64,000 nt of DNA, taken from positions 558,001 through 622,000 of the forward strand of contig OZ237753.1 of the NCBI GenBank assembly GCA_965178125.1, read 5' to 3'. The DNA is from Bilabrum cf. latius (taxonomy: Eukaryota). Position 1 is the stretch's first letter; each line of letters begins with the position of its first letter. Below, one piece after another: positions 41,801-54,570 of the stretch. The notes beneath the pieces were generated by a model that was given only the letters and a program-made list of their open reading frames with translations, was not told the DNA's origin and made no database searches. Made by a program: the position numbers and the translations under genes.

Positions 41801-44374
41801 GCGTCTGGCCGCAAATGCCAGATCCACCACACCATCGCCGTCTACGTCTCCAATCGCCTGCGTTATCCCGAGCCGGGCACCCGCCTGGCTCACCGCGCTC
41901 AGCCCTGCACTCTCGTGTGTGATCTTGATGAAAGACTTGATCGGGTGTGCGAATCTGCCAGGGTTCATGAACAGCAGATACACTGCACCAGAGTCTGTAA
42001 CAGTCCCGTCCTCATTCTGTGCAGCGACAGAGAGATCAACAATCCCATCTCCGTCAAGGTCACCGACAGCAGAGACAGCGCCGAAGCCTGATCCTGCCTG
42101 AACTGTTCCATTGGGAATTCCACCGACACCGTCTCCGATTACTTTGGCAGACCCGGGGATCACGGTGCCGTTGGAAGCGAGCCGAAACAGCAGGAAGGAC
42201 GAATACCTCGATGAAACTGCCAGATCCACTGGATTACCTGGCAACTGGGGCGACAAAGCAGCAATCCTCCAGCCAATAGACGGCTCTATCGCCAACCCAA
42301 GTGACGCCAGGCCCCCTAGGGAAGCAATGCTAACGACAGAGAGATCTCGCACGGTGTCGTCGCCATGCATGAACATTATGAAAACAGCTCCTCCATGAGC
42401 AACGGAACCGTCCCAGCCAGGGGCGCTCACTGCCAGGTCGTTGAGACCATCGCCGTCCACGTCGCCGAGGTCGCCAGCGTTCGAGGCACCAAAAAAGTCA
42501 CCACCAGACAGGGTACCCGATGGCAATCCACCGACCGCATTGTAAATTGGCTGTGTATGATGAACGGTGCCATTGGAACGCATCCGTAGGACATAGAATC
42601 GACCACTGCCGTTGGGGACGTCGTCCGCCCCGTATTGGCCGCACGCCATGCGAACCAGCCGGCCGTCAATGCCAGCAGGCTGGACAAATCGCGAGCAGGA
42701 GCCAAAAAACGAGCTAGCGAACGGTGCGATCTCAGCCCCACCCTCGAGAGCAGACACCTTCTGGACATGTTTGACCGTTCCGTTCCGATACAGGAAGAGA
42801 ACGTAGGCGGCGCCGCTGCTCGTTGCTCCATCATCGTCAATAGGGGCGTGGACGACGACGTCAGGAACACCGTCCCCATCCAGATCGCCAAGCGGGCTCG
42901 TGTTACCCATCGTGTCACCGGCATCCAGTAGCCCACTCGGGAAGCCCCCGGACCCGTCTGCAATCTTGACAGCCGACAGGACCGTCCCAGCCGCGGCCGG
43001 TGCTGGGGAGGGGGAAGGGCTGGGCACCGGACCGCCGAGAGTTGCGATCACCACCTCGCCTGTGTCAGTGGCCGCATGATCGCTGCGACTGAGGCCAAAG
43101 ATGATCTCTTTCCGTCCGTCCCCATTCACGTCATCGAGCGTTTTGCCAGAGAGGCCGAACTGGGAGGAGTCCGTCTCTACATTTGCGCTAAGAACAGGGG
43201 AGGTGTTGTTGAGAATGTCGTAGCTCAGCACCTGCCGGTCAGCGCCGAGGTAGAGCATGAAGAATGCACCGGGTGCTCCACCGGGGGCTGGATTCGGCAC
43301 GGAGAGCGCTCCGACCAAAATGTCGTCGTTCCCGTCCCCCGACACATCACCCAGCGGAGCGACAGAGTACCCGAATCCTGAGGACGAAATGGCGGGACCA
43401 CCGGCAGGCAACCCTCCGACGCCGTCGGCAATCACTGTCACCGTGCCAGCGACGCTGCCATTCCTCGCAATAGGAATGATCATGACGCCACGGTAGTTGG
43501 GCGAGGATTGCATGAGCTCGAATACGACCGAGCTGTCGCTTCCGCTTCGTGGTGGCAGCACGTCAAGATCGTAGCCCAGGAGCGCCATTGCGGGTATGCC
43601 CAGCGCGACGGCGTCCAGCTGACCCCCCGGCTCCTGCGAGAGGCGCGTGTAGCTTTTGACCGTGTCGTTGCCATGCATAAAAAGCACGAAGATTGCACCC
43701 TCGCTGCTGCTGCCAAGTCTGTTGGCCGACGTCACCAGGTCGTTGTAGCCGTCGCCATCAATGTCACCGCAGGCGCCTGTGACGCCATGACCCAGCTCAT
43801 CTCCATGAACGATGCCGTTGCCGGCAAGCACACCGGTTGCACTGCCGTCGATTTTAGTGTACTAGGCCACTGAGCCGTTCACATGCATCCGAGCAACGAG
43901 CAGGCTGCCCCCGCCGCTTGAGAACGGCACGCCCACCAAAAGCCTACGTAAGCTCGGATCGGGCCCACGCGGCTGTGACATAGTGCTCAGACCCATGCCA
44001 GGCCTCCCATTCGAAGGAAAGTCAGCAGGATCGAGGCCCGCTGAGGCCGCCGACAGCTTTGCGACCGATCGCGCTGTGAGGTTAGCTTGCAAGAAGACCA
44101 CATAGACCGCCCCGCCCCCATAAGCGCATGCAACAAAATCATCAGTACCATCTCCATCAATATCACCGGCCGAGGCCACCATGTAGCCGAACAAGTCACC
44201 TCCAGCCAATAATCCTTCAAGAGCGCCTCCGGTGTCCGCGTTGAACACCGAGATTGAGCCAATCCTACCCGTCGGGGCTGGACTGGGCGATAGACATGAG
44301 ACAATACAGATCATCAAAGACAAAATCACAGGATAAAGCCATGCTGGCAAGCGTGTTGGTCCCATATTCGGCAT
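26804..44374 (-). CDS. Gene C: giant (~5,856 aa) intronless FG-GAP-propeller / Ig- or Calx-like / REJ / EGF / GPS / multi-TM polycystin-1-like receptor, TAG read as Gln
   Basis: All pieces from 43862 to 26921 share one frame with more than 30 TAGs, ending at TGA 26804-06. Signal peptide MPNMGPTRLPAWLYPVILSLMICIVSCLS. FG-GAP modules at 36400-44250. LVFSPTNWSAP motif near 35380. REJ-like motifs (SYGSLGRPL*FYW, AIGWTDASEHMPLSYRF). EGF-like CSGHGSC...CECDSDWSGRAC near 31290-31420. GPS end CATTHLSDF near 30250-30275. PKD1-type TRP*RLL motif at 29234, then TM segments. Confidence 0.88.
38297..38914 (-). repeat. Recent internal duplication of one FG-GAP blade in gene C (38297-38497 and 38714-38914, offset 417 bp)
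   Basis: Near-identical DNA, e.g. atcttctagtggcccttcacggtgccattc and ccagtgaagccgccct occur in both copies. Confidence 0.9.
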
Positions 44375-45177
44375 CCTGGCTAGAAGAAGCGAAGAATGCG
44401 ACTAGCGGACTGCACGAAATGCTGCGAAATGGGACATTCAACAGCAGCTTAATTGTTAAGCAGATCTTCTGTATATCCCGAACTAGCTGCGTCAACGAAT
44501 CCCTGCGTTGGAGGCTGGAATGGCGGCTAATAACACTGCGTGGCAGCAATAACGGATTGCACTCTACTCAGTCTCTACGAGTGCGACAGCACCGTATGTA
44601 CATCATTATATCAATGTATCGGCAAATTTGGAATTCATTTGCAATTCGTTCCGCAAGAGGGTAGCAATTACGTATTTCTGGTCGACTTCCACCGAAATCA
44701 GCATCGGTCCTACAGCACGCATTTGCCAAGATATCACGACGAAAATGCCCCAATCAACTTGTATAGTATATAATCCTACCATTTTTTGCATGGAAGCCCT
44801 AGAAATATCAGCCAATAGGGAGCAAACTAAATCCAAGCGACGCGCGGGTTAAACGATATTGGCGCCTGCAACTGGCGTTTTGAAAGATCTCACACCCTGG
44901 AACAATTTTTGAATACACTATACACAATCTAGCTGTCTGAAACCCAACTTCAACTGGAGGATCAGTTCAAATTAGCCTCGATTCGGACCCCGCCTGGCTG
45001 GCAACAATTGGTCGCAACAGCCCCATTCAGGCTCCGGGTCAACTTGAAGTTCATCAATGCACGCCCGGCAACAGCGTCCCAAAACATACCTAGGTGATTC
45101 CAAATGTGAGCTTGCGCCATTGCAAGAATCTGTATCGGCCTAACAGCCTCAGCTCGCCCATGAAAGCCCGATTGGAC

Positions 45178-48100
45178 TCATTCGCCCCAGCCTCCTGGTT
45201 GCTGCATCATCGCCGCCACGGTGAAATCCCGGGGCGGCACCACAGCCGGAACACCGAGGCCCCTCGGTCGCTGCACGGTCGAGTGAAGAATCGCACCATC
45301 GCTCCGCCCGCGATACTCGGCGTACAGCACGTCTTGCAGCGCGCACACCCTCCTGACCTGCTCCTGTTGGAGATACATCTCAGGGCAAGGAAGCCGGGAG
45401 GAAGCGTCGCCTGCACCGCGAGGGCGCGATGCATGGCCCAGCTTCTTGGAGTTCCCGATCCGCACGCCCGCCGCCGCCTCCGTAAAGCTATTCCTCTTCC
45501 TGGACTCAGCAGCCTTGAAGGCACCTCTATGCTCCTCCTCTGCGCGGCGCCGCGCCTCCCTCAGCAAGCGGAACTTGCTCAGGTGAGCAGTCGAGTACCC
45601 GTCCGCCACGCTCGGCCTGGCATCAATCCCCATTGAGGCTGCAAGCTCCCTCATATTCTGCAAATCAACGCTGGCATCGCCGCGTTCTGCTCGTGCCCCG
45701 CCCCCAGATAGACCAACAGAAGAAACCCCAGGCCCCGTGGAGCGGATTGCGGCGAGTAGCCCGTCGCTTGAGCCGCCACCCAGCCGGTGTTCCTTCGTGC
45801 TGACGTACTCGGGCTCCCACCACTGCAGCCCAGACTGCTGCTGAAGCCCTGTGCCACCCCCCTTCCTGCTCGGCCTAGTGGAGCTGCTAGATCTTGCAAC
45901 ATGATCAAGTCCGAGCTCAGATTTAACACCTGCCAAAGACTTCTGACGACGAATATCGTCGGAGCTTCGGGGTGCTTGAGTCGGTGTGGGCGTTCGCGGC
46001 GGCTTCCCCCCATCATCGAGCCCGTTCGATTGGCCCGATTGCCGCTACCTGCGGGGCTGCGGCTCCTCTGCTCCATTTGGTTGGATTCGGGGAACGCCTG
46101 AACCGCCATCTTTGATTGGTACCGTCGTCGTTGTAGGTGTCTGCAAAGCACTCGGTGGTGTTGCAGACCCTCCGTCTCGACCTCCAGCCCACCCTGACTG
46201 GTGCTGGCCATGCCCTTCAGTGGTTGTGGGGGTCGATGCAGCGTCGGATTCACCGCCCTGCCGATGCTGCAGCTACTATTGCATGGCATGCATATTAGTC
46301 TGGAAGGTGCGTCCCACACGCAGAGGAAAATCGTCTCGTAGCCTAGCCAGGGCCTAGCCCTCGTCCGCGCCCTTCGCCCTTGCCTCCTCAAGCACGGCCA
46401 AGTCTTCCCGCAGTACCTACCGCTGCGTTGCGATCGATACTTGGCCCCACCCACTTCCTCCGTCCCTTCTGGCTACAGGTGAGAGAGGCAGTTCCCTGGC
46501 AATGGCAGCATCCCTCACCTTGCGAGCAACGCTGCTGGACAGTACACGAGTGCCAGCCATCCCTGGCACTAATCCAAACGATGATTGCGACGATATTGTT
46601 CGCTAGACGTCGCCCTGCGACGCTTCCGAGCCTCCGGTGATGGTTCTGCGCACAGCGCCTGCGCCCTGGCTGCCGCTGCTCACAGCAAGCGAAGAGCCGT
46701 CCGCGGTTGTGAAACCAGTGTGTAGTCGCGGTGCATGGACCACACCTGTCAGCTGCTTGCTGGTCATAGGTGCAAGAAGCGGTCGCGCCCTCGGCGGCCT
46801 CACCAGCTGGCGAAAGGGCGCCTCCGATCCGAGCTGGAGCCTGCTGAGCAGCTCCTCGGGCGGCAGCCCGTACAGTCTAGCCAGCATCGCACCACCCACG
46901 AGCGCAGCTCTACCCCTACCCGTGCCTGAGAAAAGGTAGATCTTCTCGCCGCGGCGGATGCGTGCTTCTAGGGCCTCGCACAGCCGAACGAGGTGCTGGT
47001 CCCTTGGCGTCGTGCCGTACTCGATCGGAAACTGCAAAAAGTGGACCTCGGACGGATAGCTCCGGAACAACCCTTTCACCTTCGACCATCGCTTGGACGC
47101 CTCTGCAGCCTCTCGCTGCAGTCGCAGCACTTTGTGGATGGCGTACCCTTGTTCCCTGGCTCTCTCCGCTCTCCCCTTGATTTTGAGGTAGGTGGTCTCC
47201 TCCCTCGCCCGGAATGCGTTCTTTCTCTTCCTGATCTCACGCACCACCCTCCTGGCTTCGTCTTCCGCTCGAGAACGCCTTTCGGTCAGCTCCTCATCGG
47301 TGCACAGGCACACAAAGGTGGTGATACCATCCGCGAGGAGTGCCCCGATTGCCGTCTCCCGGGCTGCCACCTCCAGCACGCTCACCGGGGCGCTGGGGCC
47401 CGGCACACCCTCCCTTGACACTACCGACTCTCCCTTCGCCTTCAGTTCCGCCAGCTGCGCCTAGAGGTCCGTTTGCCCCGTGACCGCCCCTCGGTACCGA
47501 GCGGCGCTCGAGGGCCCGATGGGCGCAGGGCCAATCTGCAGGTGGGGCCGCATCAGCCAGAACGATGTGTCCAGGCTTCCCCTAGAAAGCTCTCGGAATC
47601 GCTTCCAGACCGCTGACTTAGCCACCTCGCGCTCCCCGCTGCTGTGGATCACAACCCCGGTGGGCAGCAGGCGGGGCAGCCGCATGCCCAGAGCAGGGTG
47701 CCACATCACATCGCCGACGAGGCCGGTCGACACAGGCGGCAGAAGCATGCCACGCTCTTTGGCCCCCGGCTCCACCGCCTTCTCTAGACCGGCTCGCGCC
47801 GTGGTGTGGTGCAGGGCAACGCGCTGCTGTGACGTAAGCTGCAACCCATCGGTGGGCTATCCTGACGTGCCCAGAGGTACCAAAGCGCGAGACACTGTCT
47901 CTGCGAGCGGGTCATGCGGAACCATCGAATCTGACGCAGGAGGCAAGTCCGAAGCGCCGCTACCATCACCCCCCTCTGCCTTTCGCAGCATGGACGCAGC
48001 GATCTGCATGGTGCCTTGTCTGGCATCAGCGGCAGTGGAGCTCGACTCACCCTCAACAGCCGAATCAGCCGGTGCAGCTTCGACTGCATCTAGCGCCCCG

Positions 48101-51100
48101 CGCTTACGGGCCACGGCTACTGCCACCTTTGCTGCTTCCTCATCTTGGCGCTTTGCAAGCTCCTGCGTTACATGTGCTGCCTCTCGAGCCGCCTGCATCT
48201 GTGCTTGGAATGCAGCTGGGGTCAGCGACCAGCCGTCCTCGGATAGGTCCTGCGGCCTAGTTCCAAGCGTCTAAGAGGTCTCAAGCGTGCGAGCCGCTGC
48301 ATGCAAGAGATAATCTCCGCTAATTTCGGTGCCTGTGCCTGCTTGCGTGTCTACGAAAAGCCCCGGGGCATCCGCTGCCGTGCGACTCGCAGCCAGCGAG
48401 ATCTCGTCCTCGATGCCGTCGTCAACCTCACCTACTTCCCGTGGCCGTATGCCTTGATCACCCTCCATTGAACCCGATGCACCCCCTGATTCAATGCTGG
48501 CATCAGCTTCATCTCCTTCTTCTTGCTCTTCAAGGCGAAGGGTCCTGTGCTCCAAATCTTCTCCCCTCGCACTCCCCAGCTCGCTGCTGCTAAGCTCACC
48601 GCTGCCTTCCGCGTGCAGCCCAGTTGGGTCCTCGTCTTCGAGAAAGAGAGCTGCAACGCGCGTGCCGTGTGTAAGCATGCCAGCCTACTGCCATACACGT
48701 TGCCTCGCCCTGCCAATCAATGCCCCTGACCGTCCGGAGTTGAAGTAGCGCGCCAGGTCGCAGGCTCTCACGAAGCGCCCGAACCGACAGTACGCGCGCA
48801 CAGCATCAAGGGGACTGACTAGTGCCTCAAGTTCCGCAGATGCGCGGCGCCGAAGCACTCGACGCGCTCGCGATGGATGCAGCAGGGGATCCTCTGTGTG
48901 GCTCTCGTCGTCACCTTGCTCCAGTCGCAGAAAGCTCCGCTGCGACACGGAGCCCCCGTCCTCGCCTACTCCTGCCCGGTTCAGCGCCACGCCAAGGTCA
49001 CGGCTGATGATCCGGCCGGCTCCAAGTCTAGAATACGAAAGCCGGGCCATCAGAGGCCGCCCCGTCTCGTCCGCTCGCGTCGCCGCAGTCTCTCGATCGG
49101 TCTCAAGCACAGGAAAGAGTGGACCCTGGGGCCCTCCAGGTCGAGGACCCGGGAGCGCATTGCCTGCCCAGGCGAGCAGCACCCTGGTTACCAGGGTGCG
49201 CTACTGCTTCTGCACTGACATGTGTCCGTTGAGCTCGCGGTCGAAAGCCCTCCCTTGCATCCACGCCCAGCCCTCAAGCTCGATCCTCGGCAGGAGCACG
49301 AGCGGGTTCGTGCCGGCAGCGTCCTCCGCCACGCCCTTCCACCAAGTACCCTCCATGGCTGCAGCTGCCTCGCCGTGCCCCACTCGCAGCACCTCCCACC
49401 GTGCCAGCGCCGACGTAGCCTTACTTCCTGCGCTACCCTTTCCCTCTGCAGCGAGAGTCACGAGCCCAGCAGGGTCCGCCTTGAGCGTGTAGAGCCCTAC
49501 TGCGAGCTCGACCCACTCGGCGAACTCGCGAGCGCGCAGCCACTCCCTTGGGAGCCCCGGCAGGAGCCAGGCAGGCGACCTGCCACCTCGCTGGTCGTGC
49601 TGGCTGACCCTGTGCCTGCTGGGCCACAGTGGGTGCATCAGGTATCTCCGTAACAGCGTCACCCGCCTGGCGATCGCCACACCACCGTGTCCGTCTTCGC
49701 CTTCCAGTGACACCTGCACGCAACGTCTCATCTCACGAGCCAGCCGCGGCGCAGGCAAACTCAGCATCTTCGCGATTACCATCCATGATCGCACGACCCG
49801 CTCAGGCGGTCCCACCGAGAGCCGCTGGGGCCCACCGCTAGCAGAAGAAGAAGCAGCAGTATTTCGTCCGTTGCTGCCATTCTCTAGCATCGCCTGTCGC
49901 AGCAGCCCCTCGGGGCTCGGAGGGGTTTCAAACGGCTTGGTGGGGAACAACAGGGCCATAAGGGCCTCAAAAACGAGCATCACTGGCACCGACGCACCCT
50001 CAAGTGTATCGTCCTACTCGCCTACGAGCCCACGCGCCGAAGTGGCTTCGTTCGCTCGCCCGCGATGAGCCCTAATGTCCTTAACAAGGTCACGGGACGA
50101 TGGCGTCTGCTCGACGGCTTCAACGCCCCCTATGCCGCGGTCAGGCCCATCAGCACCAACGACTGGCTTCTCCTTGCCAGCAACAGCCTTGCTCGCAATC
50201 GACTCCGCAATTGTGGCAATGTATCCGTTGAGGCCCTTCTCGCAGTCTTTCTGCAGCGCCTCCGTCACCTCACCCACCCACGGGATGTCCCCTGTCTAGA
50301 GAGATGGAAATGAGTCTGGGTCCAGCCCCTGTGCTGCCTCTGCTTGCTCGCATAGAAGACGTGACACGTCCCTGCCGCACGAAGCAGACCACAAAGCGAG
50401 GCAAATGCGCGCCCGCCCGGCTAGGCACTACTGCACGGCCGCAGCTCTCGCCTGCTCCCAAGCACGCCGCGTGCCCGTACACCTCACGACCGCCACATCA
50501 ATCCCAAAGGAATCGGCGGTGCCTACATTCTAAGCGGCAGCCCACGCAGGGTCAAGCCCAGCTACCTCTCGCACGCGCCCGGGCAGCCACGCGCTGCTGC
50601 TGACCGAGCGCATGCTCAAGCTCTGACTGCCAGCAGCCAACGCCCCCGTCTGCATTCCTCCAGTTCGCCATGCTTTAGCCCTGCCTCCGCCTGCTGCAGC
50701 TGCTCGAGCAGCACCAACTGCAATGTCGCTGAGCCTCCTACCCCTTGCAAATGTGCGAGGGGCGCTTGGATCCCTACCCGGCTGAAAGAGGGCCCCACGC
50801 GGAGATGACTCGCTCGTATGAGCACCAGACGCATGGCTGTGGTGGCTTGGAGCTTTACTGCCGCCACCTACACTGGCATAGACTCCGGGCGAGTCTATCT
50901 ACAGATCAGAGAATCCGTCGTCAGTGGCAGCGCCCTGCGACTGCCTGGCTCGCCACGCAAGCGCTGCTTTGCACATTGAAATGAGCTGATTGGAGGCCCT
51001 GGGCCGGCGGCCCGCCCTCAAGCGGTTGCAACAGGCTGTCGCCCTTTGCTCCATCTCGTCCATGCTTCGGGTGAGGACCCCACGCACAGAGCCCTCCGCT

Positions 51101-53166
51101 TCCTTGGACACCCACACGTCTGCCTGTCGACTGGCAGGGAGTGCTCCCTTCGTTTCTGACAGCAGCTGGGAACCGGCATCGGTGCGCGGTGGTGCGGACC
51201 AACCCCTGTGCCCTGCATGGATCTGCTGCTGTCGTGCCCTGCCCCTATCCTTCATCCGAGTTATCCCAGCAGGCGTGCTTGCCTCGTTCCACATGCTTTC
51301 CCCGTCCAACCCTCGCTGCATCGGCTTCAATGGACCAGTGTATCGACACAGCGTCAGAGACCGCCGCCTGCGCCGTCTCTGTCTTGCCATACCAACTGCC
51401 TCACCCCCAATGATCCAGATAGAGCTAGTGGCATCAGCTCGCACGGCGGATAGGTCCGCAGACCGCGAGGCCACGGAGGACGCGGCGGACACCCTAGCCC
51501 CACGGTGCTGCACGGCGGCAGAGCCGTGAGATTTGTGGCTGTTGTAGCCCAGCGTGTTCTTCTTCCACTGTGCTAGCGCAGGCACTAGCATGATGCGCCT
51601 GCACGGCCCGTTCCGCAAGGCAGTCTGCAACGCCAGCGCCCCTTGCCTGCGCCCCGACCGCAGTCGAGATAGTGCCACAAGTCTTCCAATCGATCGGATG
51701 ATCCCGAGGTCTCTCTCTGTGTGAAGAGCGCGGATCTCCGACGGGCCAGTCTTCGGCTCGCGCTTGCTGCTGCTCGCTCCAGTCGGATCGCTTTCTCCAT
51801 CGTCACGACTTGCGGCCTCGGCCACGCCGGTACCACTAGCAGTCGCGCCCTTCCCTCTGTCGGTTTCATCCTAATTTTCATCATCATCCTCATCCTTATC
51901 TTCTCCGATGAAACTGTCCTCCGAATCTGAATCGGAGTCAAACCAGCGCTCGGCCGCTACCCACGGCGCCAGAGGCCGCAGTCGCTCCTGCATGCCATCC
52001 GCCTCGTCCCGCAGCCTCAGGCCTTCTCGCCTCTCCTGCATCTTGAACCCCTCGTCCCTGCATAGCCGCAGCGCGTCCGCCTCCACTCCTGCCCAGTACG
52101 CCCGCCACGCCCGCTGGATCCGCATACAGGAGACGAGGGCACGCTCCACGGCGCGGACCCGCATGACGAACCGCTTCCAGGTGCTCATCCCGCGCCGGAG
52201 CCAGCTCGTGTACATCCTCACGACGATGGATCTCTTCTGCAGCTTCGTGTACTCCTGTTCCCCCATCATGAGCTCCTCGCGGACCAGCTGCACGCGGGAC
52301 ACCAGGCCCTTGCTGTCCTTGGGTGCGCCGTCGGAGCCCAGGACAGTCGTTGCTGCCGCTCGTGTGGTCCCTTCCGGCGCAGCCTCGAGGGTCACGCTTC
52401 CCGACCCACCAGCTTGACTGGAGCCGTCTTCTAGCCGAAGCATGTGCCCGCTGCCATGCTCTGCACTGGCATCCCGAGCCTCGCCGGTCCCCGCCTCTGC
52501 ACGAGCATCGAGAATCGCCAACGGAGTCACGCGCGCTCCCTCCGCGAGAGCCCCGGCCCTGCCCTCACCTATCCCAAGCCGGCGGCCCACCCCAATGCCG
52601 TGCCCTATGGCGGGCTGTCCCAGTAGCGCAGCGTGACCCCTGCCTCCCTGTGCCTCAAGCACAGCCATGTGTCCGTTGACTGCCCCGCCCTCGCCCGCCT
52701 CGCTCATGGAGCCCCCAGGGAGGTCACTCCCCTTCCCCCACAGCCTCCTCGTCGCGAGCACCGCACCTTTCCCGGCATGCTGCGTGGAAGGACCCTGCCA
52801 GTACCGGTCCAAACGCCTGCGGCGAGCCGCAGCGAGCAGGACTCCAGTGTCGCCGGGCTGTTCCCCAGCCAGCCCCAGCCTCGTCACCGGTGCGTCCATC
52901 AGGGCGTCGTCTCCGTAGACTCCTCCTCGCGAGAGTCCTAGCCCTCCCGTGTCTCTGCCTGCATTCTTCGGGCCGTAACCGAGCATCTTCGCCTATTTAG
53001 ACACGTCAGGTTCTTTTTCATACCCACCGCTCGCGAGGTCGGCCTGTTCCTGCGCCTGGCTCTAACCTAAAGACCCGCGATTGCCGGCCGGAGGCAGCTG
53101 TTGGTGGTGCAGCAGAGAAGAAGGCCGTGACTCCCCTGCGACGGTCAGATCGAGGCCTTCTACGTC

Positions 53167-53198
<32 letters not shown>

Positions 53199-54273
53199 TC
53201 TGTCCCAGCTCGTCCTGCGGCCCATGCCGAAAATACACGCTCCCGTTCCACTGGCTACCCGCCTGCGCCGCCCCTGCCCCTGCCCCTGTCGGCATCTCGT
53301 TCCCACCAGCCGAGCCAAGAGTGCCGGCACCAAGGAAGGAGGTGCTCTCGATACCAAGGCTGCCCGTTGAATTGTCTCCGGCATCGAGAGCACCTCCTGC
53401 TCGTAGGCTGCTCGCCAGGCTGTCCTCGCCTGTCGCTGCCAAGGAAGGGTGCTGCTGCAGTCCTTCCGCAAACTGGGGCTCCCCTGCTCGCTTGCGAGCG
53501 TACTCGCCCTGAGCAGTTGCTCGCAGGTCGACGAGCAGACTAGGGGTGGCGTCAAACCCGGCGAGGCGTGCTCGGTCCTTGGCCTGCAGCGCCTGGCGCG
53601 AGGCTCCCATCATCCTGGTGGGCGGCCGCCTCGCAAGTTCGGGCGTGGATGGCCTGCCGAACACAAGGAGGTTGGCACGAGACATCGAGGCGTCTGCTGC
53701 GCCTACTGAGTGGCCGTGTCGAGCTTGCTTCTCCATGCTTCGCTGGCCTGCTTGCGTCACAGCCGCCTGGGCTCTCTAGCCTAGTGATGGAAGCGGTCGT
53801 GGGTGCACCGCTTCGACTCTGTACAGCCTCGCCCCGCCGGGTCCTTTGCGGACGTGTGGCTGTCCGTTGGCGCCCGGCAGCACAATTCCCTACCGCCACC
53901 TGAACTGGGATCCGTACTCTCCAGAAAGGAAGTAAATTCGTTCACCCTCAGTAAATATTGTACGCAACGACATTCTGCGGTTCGATGCAAGCTCCTATGG
54001 CTGTACTGGAGCAGATTCGCCCGGGTGTGAAACACCTCGCAAAACCATCGTAGCGTGCTCTTGCTGCGGAGTCAAGTCCACGAGCTGCCGTGCTACCCGA
54101 TTTAAAGCTTCAGACGAATCGAATCCACTTTCATTGGGGTTGCACTCTTTGGATTCATTTGCTGCAGTGCCATCGGTTGACGCATCAGCCAAGCTATCTT
54201 CCTTTAGTCTTTGCCGACGCAGTGCGTCATTGAGCGATTCGCTAAGGTCAATGTGCTAGATCCTACGTTTCAT
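45178..54273 (-). CDS. Gene D: large (~3,030 aa) mostly low-complexity protein with an IQ motif and a C-terminal PTP/DSP-fold pseudophosphatase domain, TAG read as Gln
   Basis: Pieces 53995, 53062, 51871, 50899, 50014, 49201, 48685, 48271, 47857, 47461, 46603 and 45178 share one frame, joined by TAGs, ending at TGA 45178-80. The most upstream in-frame ATG is 54273. IQ motif CMRIQRAWRAYW near 52095-52130; polyQ near 53170-53200. Phosphatase-fold motifs: SFWLMRPHLQIGPAP, GITTFVCL, HFLQFPIEYG, GEKIYLFSGTGRGRAALV. Confidence 0.75.
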
Positions 54274-54570
54274 GTGAGCTCGTACACAGTATCATACATG
54301 GCTTGCAGATTGGAAAGAGCGTCATTCCGTCTTGTGCGGATGGATGTGACGAATCGGGCTGCAACAGTGTGCAAATATGTTAAGGCTAGCCTCCCCAAAA
54401 CGTGCGGTGCCTTGCAAGGCAGTATGTGTAGCCTGAATGAACAGGGCCTATCTTCAACGATGGAGGCGCTGTCGCCAGTGAAACTGTTGGAGGCGCAGCT
54501 CGCCACCCAGAAGAGAAGCGGCCTACTGAGCAGCCAAAGGTTCTGTGCTAAACTACCTGTTGCTTGCATA

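Noticed and set aside
16400-44300. Bacterial or recoded-phage origin of the contig, suggested by bacterial-style FG-GAP repeats and TAG=Gln
   Set aside because: Spliceosomal introns, GPS/REJ/EGF/IQ domains and a bL35 with a targeting-like extension indicate a eukaryotic nucleus. No phage genes or operon structure are seen.
44375-45177. Short ORFs between genes C and D
   Set aside because: Lower-GC sequence with no motif or consistent frame; likely the 3' UTR of D and promoter of C.
3-54273. Giant genes as pseudogenes riddled with nonsense mutations
   Set aside because: Only TAG interrupts them, with no TAA, TGA or frameshift over more than 50 kb. TAGs are shared between paralogs and fall at Gln columns.
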